Source: a virus (Duplodnaviria > Caudoviricetes). From it: a stretch of DNA of 40,568 nt. Below the pieces are notes generated by a model. It saw nothing but the letters and a program-made list of their open reading frames with translations. It searched no databases and was not told the origin of the DNA. The stretch's first letter is position 1; each line of letters begins with the position of its first letter. The stretch covers positions 1 through 40,568 of IMG/VR virus record IMGVR_UViG_3300017766_002086; one strand, written 5' to 3'. Shown here piece after piece: positions 32,646 through 40,568 of this stretch. Both the position numbers and the translations under genes were made by a program.

Positions 32646-33785
32646 TTAGGCGTCCGGAGCGGCGGCGGTGTAAACCGTCACGACGCCGTGTTGCTTGCCG
32701 CGGAACGCGATCTTCTCGACGCCCAGCAGTTCCTCGATGGCGACACCGGGGCGGAACTTGTAGTCCTTGTCCCGGTCCGTCTGCGGCGTGGGCATTTGGC
32801 CCCACGCGATGCCGACGGCTTGCGCGCCGCAGAGGATGTTGACGGCGACGTCAATGCCGGCGTTGCCGACCCCGGCCAGAACCGGCAGTTCCTCGATTTC
32901 GCGGTAGATGACGCCGCGATAGAGCAGGTCACCGTCCTGGAAGATCGGGTTCGTGTTGACGTCCCGCGCGCGGGCCTCGCGGTTGGCGGCGGTCATCGTG
33001 GCGTCGTCGTTCAGGTCCCGGAAAGCGCGGGGGTTGCAGAACATGACATACCACTCGTTGCCGTCCTTGGTCTTGTAGGGACGGACGATGGGCGAAGCGC
33101 CCTTGGCCATGCGCTTGGCCAACGAGCCGACCGCCGGGGTCAGCTTGTCGTCGGTGGCGTCAACGGTGGCCAGAGCCGCCGAATGGTCGCCCGCCGAGTA
33201 GTTGGAGCGCAGCTTGCCGAACAGCACCCGGTCGCGGTTCAGGACGAGCCACGCGTCCTTCTCGGCTTCCGTGGCGATGTAGTTCGCCGAGGTGATTTCG
33301 TAGCCGCCGTTGGCCTCGCTCTCGGTGGCGACACCGTAGCGAACCGGGACGGTCGTGGCCAGCGACGGGATGACCGACAGGAAGGCCTCGATGATATCGT
33401 CGCGGAGCCGCTCGGATTCCCATTCGCGCAGCATGTCGCGGGCCGCGTCCAGCAGGTTGATCTCCGTCTTGTAGGAGGTCGACTTGGGAACGCGGACGCC
33501 GTGACGACGCCAGTCGATGGAAATGGGGAAGTTGTAGTTCCCCAGCTGCTCTTCGTTGCCGTCGAGGACTTGCGACCCCGACACGCCCGAACCGCGCAGC
33601 TTGGTGATCAGCGGGATGTTGATCGTCTTGCCCGCTTCCTCCTGCAGTTCGCGCTTGGTCACGAAGATGTTGGTGGGACCCGCACCCATGTAGGGGCGGA
33701 ACTTGGAACCGCGAACGTATTCGCTGAAGTAGGACGAAACCCACTTCTGCTTTTCGGAGGCGGTGGCGAGGACCGTTTCGGCCAT
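32646..33785 (-). CDS. Major capsid protein (N4-gp56/DUF4043 family), 379 aa
   Basis: GKTINIPLITKLRGSGV..LDGNEE, NPIFQDG, LCGAQAVGIAWG, DYKF..GV motifs. Confidence 0.85.
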   Translation of the reverse strand: MAETVLATASEKQKWVSSYFSEYVRGSKFRPYMGAGPTNIFVTKRELQEEAGKTINIPLITKLRGSGVSGSQVLDGNEEQLGNYNFPISIDWRRHGVRVPKSTSYKTEINLLDAARDMLREWESERLRDDIIEAFLSVIPSLATTVPVRYGVATESEANGGYEITSANYIATEAEKDAWLVLNRDRVLFGKLRSNYSAGDHSAALATVDATDDKLTPAVGSLAKRMAKGASPIVRPYKTKDGNEWYVMFCNPRAFRDLNDDATMTAANREARARDVNTNPIFQDGDLLYRGVIYREIEELPVLAGVGNAGIDVAVNILCGAQAVGIAWGQMPTPQTDRDKDYKFRPGVAIEELLGVEKIAFRGKQHGVVTVYTAAAPDA

Positions 33786-33808
33786 CGTCTAACCTTTCTG
33801 GCTGTGTA

Positions 33809-34651
33809 TCAGCCGAATTCGCTCTCGAACGGGTCCTTCACAACAACGGTGCTGTGAGGACCGCCCGCCGAAGGTGCCGCAGCGATGCTTCGGGGAAGGG
33901 GCGGTTTGGGAGCGGGTTGAGCAGGAGCCGGGGTGCTTCCACCGGCGGGTTGGGGGTCCGGGTTCTGCCCGTCTTGGGAGGCCTTCCAGGCCAAGAACGC
34001 CGCATACTCGGGGTCGCCATGGTCGGTGGGCGTCTTGGCGGCTTCCGCCTCCTCATACGCCTTCATGGCGGCACCGTAAGGGTGCGGCTGGGAGAAGATC
34101 GACTTGGCGAATTCGACGTCGGCATCGAAACGACCCTTCGCCCATTCCATCATGGCCTCGACCTTCTCGTCGCCGTGCTTCTCCCGAGCCAAAGTCTCGG
34201 AGGTGTTCAGGCGCTCGTTGATCAGGGCCATGGTTTGCTGGCGCTGGATGTATTGGGCGTGTTTCACCGGCTCCTTGATGGGGTCGGGGATATCCGCCTT
34301 CGCTGCTTCGGCCTGACGCGCGGCTTCGGCGGCTTCCAGACGCTGGAGACGTTCGGCTGTCTCCCGCTCTTTCTTCCGCGCGGCGTCGAGCGCCTTCTTG
34401 GGGACCATCTTGTCGGCCCCCTCGCCAGCGGCTGCCGGGTCCTTCGGGGTCCCGTCCTCGTTGAATTCTCCTTCGCCAGCCGGGGGTTCTTCTCCCGACT
34501 TGGGGGCTTTGCCTTCGGTGGCGGGCTTCGCCGGGGCCGAGGGAGCAGGCTCCTTGCCCGTGGTCGCATCCGCAGCCGGGGCGGCGGGGGTTTCCACAGG
34601 GGCGACGAACTCTTCGTCGAACAGGGCGTCTTCCAGATTTTCGTCAGCCAC
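33809..34651 (-). CDS. Capsid scaffolding protein, ~280 aa
   Basis: Between portal and capsid; MVP..AL...RKK coiled coil, IPDP, PRSIA; AGGAG RBS before GTG 34651. Confidence 0.75.
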   Translation of the reverse strand: MADENLEDALFDEEFVAPVETPAAPAADATTGKEPAPSAPAKPATEGKAPKSGEEPPAGEGEFNEDGTPKDPAAAGEGADKMVPKKALDAARKKERETAERLQRLEAAEAARQAEAAKADIPDPIKEPVKHAQYIQRQQTMALINERLNTSETLAREKHGDEKVEAMMEWAKGRFDADVEFAKSIFSQPHPYGAAMKAYEEAEAAKTPTDHGDPEYAAFLAWKASQDGQNPDPQPAGGSTPAPAQPAPKPPLPRSIAAAPSAGGPHSTVVVKDPFESEFG

Positions 34652-34664
34652 TTGTCTCACTCCT

Positions 34665-34707
34665 AGCCCGTAACGGCGGCTTCCCGAACGCCCGAATGCC
34701 CGGCGGC
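34665..34707 (-). promoter_or_regulatory. Tandem bulged hairpins in the scaffold leader
   Basis: GCCGCCG-ggcatt-CGGGC and GCCGCCG-tta-CGGGC immediately 5' of the RBS. Confidence 0.45.
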
Positions 34708-34726
34708 GGCTGTAGAAGGACGGCTC

Positions 34727-36889
34727 CTACTCCGTATCGCCCGATTGGCCCCCGGCGGCGGGGTCGGTGGCTTGGGTCAATTTGAGGGCCGTATCGATGG
34801 CCGCCATTTCGGTCCTTGCCTCCTCCGTTTCGACCCCCGAAAGCGTTTTGTCCGCTTGGGTGGCCGTTCGGATGGCTCCTTGCTCCGCTGCCGCCGTCTT
34901 GGCGGCTCCGGTAGCGTCGTTGAGGCGGGTTTCGGAGGCCGTGAGCGCCAGTTCCGCTTGCAGGGCGGCGTCTTGCTTGGCCTCTTCCTTCGCCTGTTGT
35001 TCCTGCGCCGCCTTCTGCATGGCCTCCTTGTGCGCCTGAATTTTCTTGATCAGCTGGCGCTTGCGGGGGAGGGCGGTCATTTCCAGCATGACCTCGAAGG
35101 GGACCTCCTGCGCGTATTGGGGGTTGGACGACACCATGTTCCGGAGTTCGGTCAGCTGCTCCGCCATGATGGTGGCGGTTTCAGGGACGGTATCCAACAT
35201 GATATCGACGTCCATTTCGGCGACGACGTTATCGTATCCCAGCACTCCCGTAAGGTCCATCGGAGGAGCCGAAGGTAGCACCGGTTGGCCACCCCCGTCA
35301 AGCGGCGGCGCTTCCATGCCCAGCTGTTGCATGCCAGCCATGGCCATCATGGTGGCCGGGTCGACGGGCGGGGCGCTTGGGGCCATGCCGGACCCCATGG
35401 GCGCGACCGGGGGCGCTCCCATACCCATCCCCGGCCCCTCGGGGGCCATCGCGGCGGGGTCGACCGGCGGGGCGACCTTGGGCTGGTTCAGGCCGACGAA
35501 GCGGGGGTCTTCGATATCGTCGGTGACCCTAATCCACATGGGTTCCGTCCAGTATTGCTTGCAGCGATACCAGATTTGCATGTAGACCCGCAGTTCCCAA
35601 TCCTCGAACTGGTCCAGCGGAACGGCCAACTCGACCAGACCGGCCTGTTGACGGGCCAGCAGCGCCCTTCCCGACGTATCGGAGCCTTGCCGACCCAGCA
35701 TGGCTTGGTTCGGGCTGAAACGCTCCATTTCGTTCTTGGCTTCGGAGAGCAGGGCCATGTTGCCCGCGCTCTTGTCGGTCCCGCTGACCTTCTTCCAGCC
35801 ATACGGAATGACGCCATCGGGCCGCGCGGCCTCGATACGGGCGTTGTCTGCCTCCACCTCGATGGCGGAGGGGTCCGACGCTTCGATCTGGCTGCTCGAA
35901 ACTTCCCAGAGCGCCTTGGAGCGGCGCTTGTTGATTTCGTCCTGAATGGGGCGCAGGTCGTCGCCGTAGCCCATCCGCTCGTTGTCGATGGTGACGTAGC
36001 AGGATTGGGCGGCGATGGGGTTGCAGGGGCGCTTCTTGTCGTCGAGATAGGGGCTGATGCCTTCCTCGATGATGCCGCCTTCCCAGAACTTGCAGAAATG
36101 CCACGTGCCCTTGCAGCGCTCGTAGATTTCCACGACCATCAGGCGCTTGGTCTTGGTGTCAATCCAGCCCTGATCGGTCGGGCGGTCGTCGAACGTGTCG
36201 TCCGAGCCGTTCCCCGCGCTCAAGCCGCCCGCTTGGCCGGTGTCGATCGCCGCGTCGATTTCAGCCGAGAACGCGCTGTCGTCGTCCTTCATGCCCTTCA
36301 CTTCGTCGGCATACATCCACTTCGCCAGACCCATGTAGCGGGCGTCGGAATAGTCCGGCGAGCGGCTCCGGGGGTCCGCGAAGAATTCTTCCCAGCGAAT
36401 GGGGATGAGGTCGGGGTCGCCGTCCTCGTTCACGCCCACCGAGATAGCGCAGGTGCCGCCCAGCAGGTATTCCTTCATCCGCTGGACCTTCGTGAACTTG
36501 AAGCGGTTCCGTTGGGTCACATAGCGAAGGCAGTCGGTTGCCACGTCCGAGGCGTCTTCATCGCCGGGGGTCCGAGGGTAGGCGCGGGGGTCCGTCCGTG
36601 ATCGTGAAACCACCCCGAGGATGCCGTTGATGGCCACCCGGAAACGGTTGATCACGACGTCGGGCTGGCCGCGCTCTTCCAGCTTGGAGAGTTCGTCGGC
36701 GGTCAGTTGGTCGCCGTCGTAATACTTGAAGTTGAGTTCGGACTTCTTCCGACGCTCTTGCGTTGTGGACATGTAGTCCCGCAGACGCATCTTCCAGTCG
36801 GCCAGCGTCTTGGGGGACGTGTAGCCGGGTTCCTTCGGGCGTTCCGACTGTTCCGGGTCCGCGACGTCGGCGAAGAGGTTGTCAGCCAT
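34727..36889 (-). CDS. Portal protein (P22-like), ~720 aa
   Basis: YYDGDQ, RGQP.VVINR, DPRAYPR, QDEINKRRS, SGRA..ARQQAG, DVDI motifs. Confidence 0.88.
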   Translation of the reverse strand: MADNLFADVADPEQSERPKEPGYTSPKTLADWKMRLRDYMSTTQERRKKSELNFKYYDGDQLTADELSKLEERGQPDVVINRFRVAINGILGVVSRSRTDPRAYPRTPGDEDASDVATDCLRYVTQRNRFKFTKVQRMKEYLLGGTCAISVGVNEDGDPDLIPIRWEEFFADPRSRSPDYSDARYMGLAKWMYADEVKGMKDDDSAFSAEIDAAIDTGQAGGLSAGNGSDDTFDDRPTDQGWIDTKTKRLMVVEIYERCKGTWHFCKFWEGGIIEEGISPYLDDKKRPCNPIAAQSCYVTIDNERMGYGDDLRPIQDEINKRRSKALWEVSSSQIEASDPSAIEVEADNARIEAARPDGVIPYGWKKVSGTDKSAGNMALLSEAKNEMERFSPNQAMLGRQGSDTSGRALLARQQAGLVELAVPLDQFEDWELRVYMQIWYRCKQYWTEPMWIRVTDDIEDPRFVGLNQPKVAPPVDPAAMAPEGPGMGMGAPPVAPMGSGMAPSAPPVDPATMMAMAGMQQLGMEAPPLDGGGQPVLPSAPPMDLTGVLGYDNVVAEMDVDIMLDTVPETATIMAEQLTELRNMVSSNPQYAQEVPFEVMLEMTALPRKRQLIKKIQAHKEAMQKAAQEQQAKEEAKQDAALQAELALTASETRLNDATGAAKTAAAEQGAIRTATQADKTLSGVETEEARTEMAAIDTALKLTQATDPAAGGQSGDTE

Positions 36890-38271
36890 CACATGACCTT
36901 CCAGTTAGAGACGGGTTTCTTACGCAGACGCGCCCACCGATCAATGATCGGGGCCTTTTCCTTCTCGACGGGCATCGAGCGGATTTTCGCGTTGATCGCG
37001 AACTCGCCGAAGGCGTCGGCGGCGTGGCTGTCTTCGTTGTGGAGGGGGCCGGTGAAGACCCCCATGGACTGGTTCCACTTCTTGCGATACTGCTTGAGGT
37101 GGTCGGAGCCAACCTTCGTGCGTTCGTCGTGGAACCGGCAATAGGGGAGGACCCGGCGGACGGCGTTGATGCGCTCTTCGGGGTCCCGAGCGATGCCGAC
37201 GCGGATTTTGACCAGCCCCAGCTTGTGAAGCGTCTGCTTCCGGGTATGTCCACCGGCCCCGATTTCGCGCACCATAACGTCATGGGGCAGGTAGTGCATT
37301 CCGTAGGTGTATTCGCGGCTGCGCTCGTTCTTCATCGCCTCTTTCACGATGGTGTCGAGGCCCGCGTCCGACGTTTCGTAATAGTCGATGATGTTGATGT
37401 AGTCTGCGAAACGCTGGAAGAACCAGATCGAAGTATAGTCGTCGATGCCCAAATCCCACGCGGTGTCCACGAGTTGGTTCGGGTCGTGCGGGAAATGCCC
37501 AATGCGGCCCGCCGTCTGCAGGGTCTGCATCTGCTCGTTGTAGTAGGACCCCGGAACGGCGCTGTCGAAGTCCACCATGTATTCGGAGTTGAACTTGGCT
37601 TCGCCCTCGGCGTAGGAGCCGCATTCGTCGATGATATCCTGCTTTTCCTTGGCCAGCTGTTCCGGGGTGAAAACGCTGGTCAGGGTGGCGGGCATCCGCA
37701 TCGTGAACCACTCGGGGTCCTTCTCGCGGGCCTCGAAGGCGCGGGTGGCGTGGTTTCGTCCACGGGGGGTCCAGATGAAGATGGCCCAGCCACCGTTCTC
37801 CAGAAGAATAGGCCGGATATAGGCCCAAGCATCGGGCCGCGCCAACGCCCACTCGGAAAATACGACCCCAATGGGAGGCGAGCCAACAAGCGAATCATAG
37901 TTGTCACTCCCGAGAACTTGCCACGTGGACCCGTTCTTGAACTTGATCATCATGTCCTGCTCGCGCGTGGACGCTCTGATTTCCTTCGGGAACGCTTCGT
38001 CGATACGCTTCTTGCCCGTCCGGGGGTTGATGGCGTCCCAGATGGCCTTCCGGGCCTGACTTGCCTCGGGCAGCATGTGCCAGTAGGTGCCAACCCGTTC
38101 TTGGGAGGCAACTGCCGCCCTGTGAAGGGACACGTCGTCCTTGCCCCAGCGCCGGTGGGCAACCATGTCCGCGCGGGTTCCGCCCCGGTCCAGGTAATGC
38201 CAGAGCGGCATTTGGTCGGGTCGCGGCTCCCAACCCATGTTGGGAAGGGTGACTTGGACCTTATTGGCCAT
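36889..38271 (-). CDS. terL: Terminase large subunit, ~460 aa
   Basis: HRRWGKD Walker A variant, VVFSEW Walker B, TPRG.NH, AWDLG..D and SHAADAF nuclease motifs. Confidence 0.92.
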   Translation of the reverse strand: MANKVQVTLPNMGWEPRPDQMPLWHYLDRGGTRADMVAHRRWGKDDVSLHRAAVASQERVGTYWHMLPEASQARKAIWDAINPRTGKKRIDEAFPKEIRASTREQDMMIKFKNGSTWQVLGSDNYDSLVGSPPIGVVFSEWALARPDAWAYIRPILLENGGWAIFIWTPRGRNHATRAFEAREKDPEWFTMRMPATLTSVFTPEQLAKEKQDIIDECGSYAEGEAKFNSEYMVDFDSAVPGSYYNEQMQTLQTAGRIGHFPHDPNQLVDTAWDLGIDDYTSIWFFQRFADYINIIDYYETSDAGLDTIVKEAMKNERSREYTYGMHYLPHDVMVREIGAGGHTRKQTLHKLGLVKIRVGIARDPEERINAVRRVLPYCRFHDERTKVGSDHLKQYRKKWNQSMGVFTGPLHNEDSHAADAFGEFAINAKIRSMPVEKEKAPIIDRWARLRKKPVSNWKVM

Positions 38272-38662
38272 CCGGCTCACCGAACTTCCGCACGGTGATC
38301 ACGATATCCCCGTCCTTGCCGCTGCCCGAAACGCCGGTCGTGTAGCCCCGGCCCTTCCCGAGGGTCTGGAGGATAAACCGCTCCGCCGTCGGGTCTTGCC
38401 CCGACCTCACACGCTTCCGGTGGTTGCTTTCGGCCTCGTCGATGATATCCTCGTTGAGGTCTTGCATCAAGGAGGCGAGGGTCGGAGAGCGGTCAATCCG
38501 TTCCTGTAGCACTTCCCGACGCATATCGAGGGCGCGGGCGGCTGCGGACTTGTTCCCGTCGGCCTCGACCAAGGCGTTGTAGATATCGCCTTCCGACACC
38601 CTCGGCGTGTTGACGCGGGGTTCGATGGTGCCTTCGACGGGAACAAGATCGGCGGTCGACAT
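38261..38662 (-). CDS. terS: Terminase small subunit with Fis-like HTH, 133 aa
   Basis: ALVEADGNKSAAARALDM HTH; FILQTLGKGRGY; immediately upstream of terL. Confidence 0.7.
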   Translation of the reverse strand: MSTADLVPVEGTIEPRVNTPRVSEGDIYNALVEADGNKSAAARALDMRREVLQERIDRSPTLASLMQDLNEDIIDEAESNHRKRVRSGQDPTAERFILQTLGKGRGYTTGVSGSGKDGDIVITVRKFGEPDGQ

Positions 38663-38668
38663 ACCCGG

Positions 38669-38698
38669 AGGGTAGCACGGGCCGGGCCGCGCCGTCAA
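38669..38698 (-). promoter_or_regulatory. Late/packaging promoter, probably giving a leaderless terS mRNA
   Basis: TTGACG-18bp-TACCCT; ATG 6 nt after the -10; no SD. Confidence 0.55.
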
Positions 38699-38822
38699 TG
38701 GACTTCGGATTGTGGGGAGGAACGGCTACCGGGCGGCAGAGGGGTGTTACCCGAGCCGCCCGTTAACCTAGCCTGTTTGAGCGACGGGAAGGCTACTCCC
38801 TGCAGGGGTTGCGAACCCGCTG

Positions 38823-39080
38823 CTACCTGTATCGCGCCAGAATGGCGGCGGTTTCTGCGTCCGTCAGGGGCCTGTTCGGCCTCGCGGCTTGGGTGCGCTG
38901 AACGGCGGCCCGTCCCGCTGCTTCCCGATTGGCTCGCCTCTGCGCCGCCGCGCGTTCCTCGGTATAGGATTGCGTGTTGGGGCGGGCCGGGGCTGCGGGG
39001 GCATTCCGGCGCGGAGGAGGGGACCCGCGACCGTTCATCGCGTTGATCAGGGGGGCGAAAAGGCCGTTCTCTTGCTGCAC
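38823..39080 (-). CDS. Small Arg/Ala/Pro-rich hypothetical protein, ~85 aa
   Basis: GGAGG 5 nt before GTG 39080; own promoter. Confidence 0.5.
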   Translation of the reverse strand: MQQENGLFAPLINAMNGRGSPPPRRNAPAAPARPNTQSYTEERAAAQRRANREAAGRAAVQRTQAARPNRPLTDAETAAILARYR

Positions 39081-39224
39081 GTTCGCCTCCAAAATGGTGG
39101 GAGGTGCCCCGAAGGGCTTCAGAGTTCACAATGTGCACTCACCGGGGCCTTGCCCCCCGCACCACGTTTAGAGACGGTGGCCGAGTCTAGATTGCAGGGT
39201 ATCACCTCCTGCGGGTCCTGTCAA
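39081..39224 (-). promoter_or_regulatory. Promoter plus structured ~110 nt leader or ncRNA
   Basis: TTGACA (39224-39219)-17bp-TACCCT; four hairpins including C(UUCG)G; CCUCC able to pair with the SD. Confidence 0.5.
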
Positions 39225-39648
39225 GCGGTGACGGAAGGGACCCGAAAGCGCTGACGTAGGGAGGGGTATTTCGGGACGCGGGTCCCTTTGGTGAATACAA
39301 ATTGGAACCGGTCCACGGGCCGCGCCAGAGGGGTATTAGGGTTGGGTCCCTCCTCCGATCTAGGGCCGGGCAATCCCCCCATATGGGTCGCGCGCGCCGT
39401 TGGGTCCCCCTTGCAACATACCATGTATCTCGAAGGACACGTGGCCCGGTTGCCGCGCCCCTGTGGCTTCTTTGCACGTGCAAGCATCGTGCCAGCCGCC
39501 CGGTATTCGCTTACCGTGTTGCATCGTGGGCACATGGCTTCCCCTGCTGGCCCGCCGATGCGTGGCCCCCCTTGACACGCCGCCCGGCCTGTGCTACGCG
39601 CGCGCCCCCGCCCGGCGCGCGGTTGGTATGGTGTCGGGTCGCGGGCTT

Positions 39649-39716
39649 CTGTAACACGGCGTGATCGGCGTTAACCACGCTCGGGGCTTGCGGGCTTCCC
39701 CGGCTTGTGGTATGGT
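39649..39716 (+). promoter_or_regulatory. Early promoter element copy 3
   Basis: Colinear with 339-434 up to the ATG; TTGCGG-17bp-TATGGT. Confidence 0.75.
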
Positions 39717-39741
39717 GGGGCATCGAACAGGAGCGACCCCG

Positions 39742-39954
39742 ATGACCGAAGCCACCGCCTACCGCAGCCCGTCCGCCGATCTGCCCGCCCGCATCACGAA
39801 CCGGGCCACGGGCGAAGTCCGCACCACGACCATGGAAGCCGCCGCCGCCATCGCGGGCATCGACACGGACGACGCCGCATGGGCCATCGAAGAGGAAGGC
39901 CGGGCGGACGCGACCGACGACCAAGGCACCGACTGGACCATCCGCGCCGCCTAG
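39742..39954 (+). CDS. Hypothetical acidic early protein, 70 aa
   Basis: AGGAG RBS; downstream of promoter copy 3. Confidence 0.7.
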   Translation: MTEATAYRSPSADLPARITNRATGEVRTTTMEAAAAIAGIDTDDAAWAIEEEGRADATDDQGTDWTIRAA

Positions 39955-39991
39955 CGGCTTCCCCCGACCCGAACCACGAGGAACCACGCCC

Positions 39992-40270
39992 ATGCCCGCC
40001 CCCACCGATGCCGTCCTGAACGCCCACGCAGCCCAAGCCGCCGCCCGCTACGGCCCGCGCACCGGGCCTTCCCCCCGCTCCGTGTGGATAGCCACGGGAC
40101 CGGACGACCTCAACGAGCAGCCGGTATGCGTCGTCGGGGACACCGAAGCCGCCGCCCGCGCCGCGTTCGTCGACGTCCTGGAAGCCTACGGATGGGATAC
40201 GGACGAAGCCGAGAGCCACGTGCGGCATCGCGTCGTGACCATGGAACGCCCGATCTGCGTGGAACGGTAG
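39992..40270 (+). CDS. Hypothetical early protein, 92 aa
   Basis: GAGGA RBS; codon bias. Confidence 0.65.
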   Translation: MPAPTDAVLNAHAAQAAARYGPRTGPSPRSVWIATGPDDLNEQPVCVVGDTEAAARAAFVDVLEAYGWDTDEAESHVRHRVVTMERPICVER

Positions 40271-40413
40271 GCGGAAGCCCGCAACCCGCGCCCCGAAGGA
40301 CCGAGGAGGGGCAGCCCGTGGCCCGGCCCCGTGGCCGCCGTGCGCTGGTGGTGCGGGCGGCACACCTGCTCGGCCATACCGCGCCCCCTGCTCTTGGTTG
40401 TCCGTCTCTCTAT

Positions 40414-40568
<155 letters not shown>

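Noticed and set aside
39095-39145. tRNA-like 3' end (CCCACCA on the minus strand)
   Set aside because: No T-loop (TTCGAAT/C), D-arm or 7 bp acceptor stem; treated as a structured leader instead

Overview
The window is an apparently near-complete ~40.5 kb, GC-rich (roughly two-thirds GC by eye) tailed-phage genome with P22-like podovirus gene order. The + strand carries small early genes (39742-40270, wrapping round to 432-5564) and a replication/nucleotide block: primase-polymerase/SF3 helicase, putative SSB, family A DNA polymerase, PD-(D/E)XK nuclease, SNF2-type helicase. The - strand carries terminase, portal, scaffold, N4-gp56-type capsid, tail/ejection proteins and a holin/GH108 endolysin/embedded spanin cassette. 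I see no integrase, repressor or RNA polymerase, so it is probably lytic and uses host sigma70 promoters, of which many are visible. The main feature is a complete 2-aminoadenine (Z-genome) module: purZ, a MazG-like mazZ candidate, datZ and a DpoZ-like polymerase. This sits in a phage with a perfect CtrA box and a triplicated GTTAAC-containing promoter element, which suggests an alphaproteobacterial (possibly Caulobacteraceae) host. Less explained elements are a stand-alone ~100 nt structured small RNA (9423-9522), a structured SD-sequestering leader (39081-39190), two paralogous Lys/Ala-tailed proteins sharing GRxRMTVRNML, a tail-hub (gp10-like) protein fused to putative carbohydrate-binding modules, and a dispersed inverted intergenic element. 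All family calls come from motif recognition by eye, not database searches. The contig ends are low-quality G/C homopolymers.
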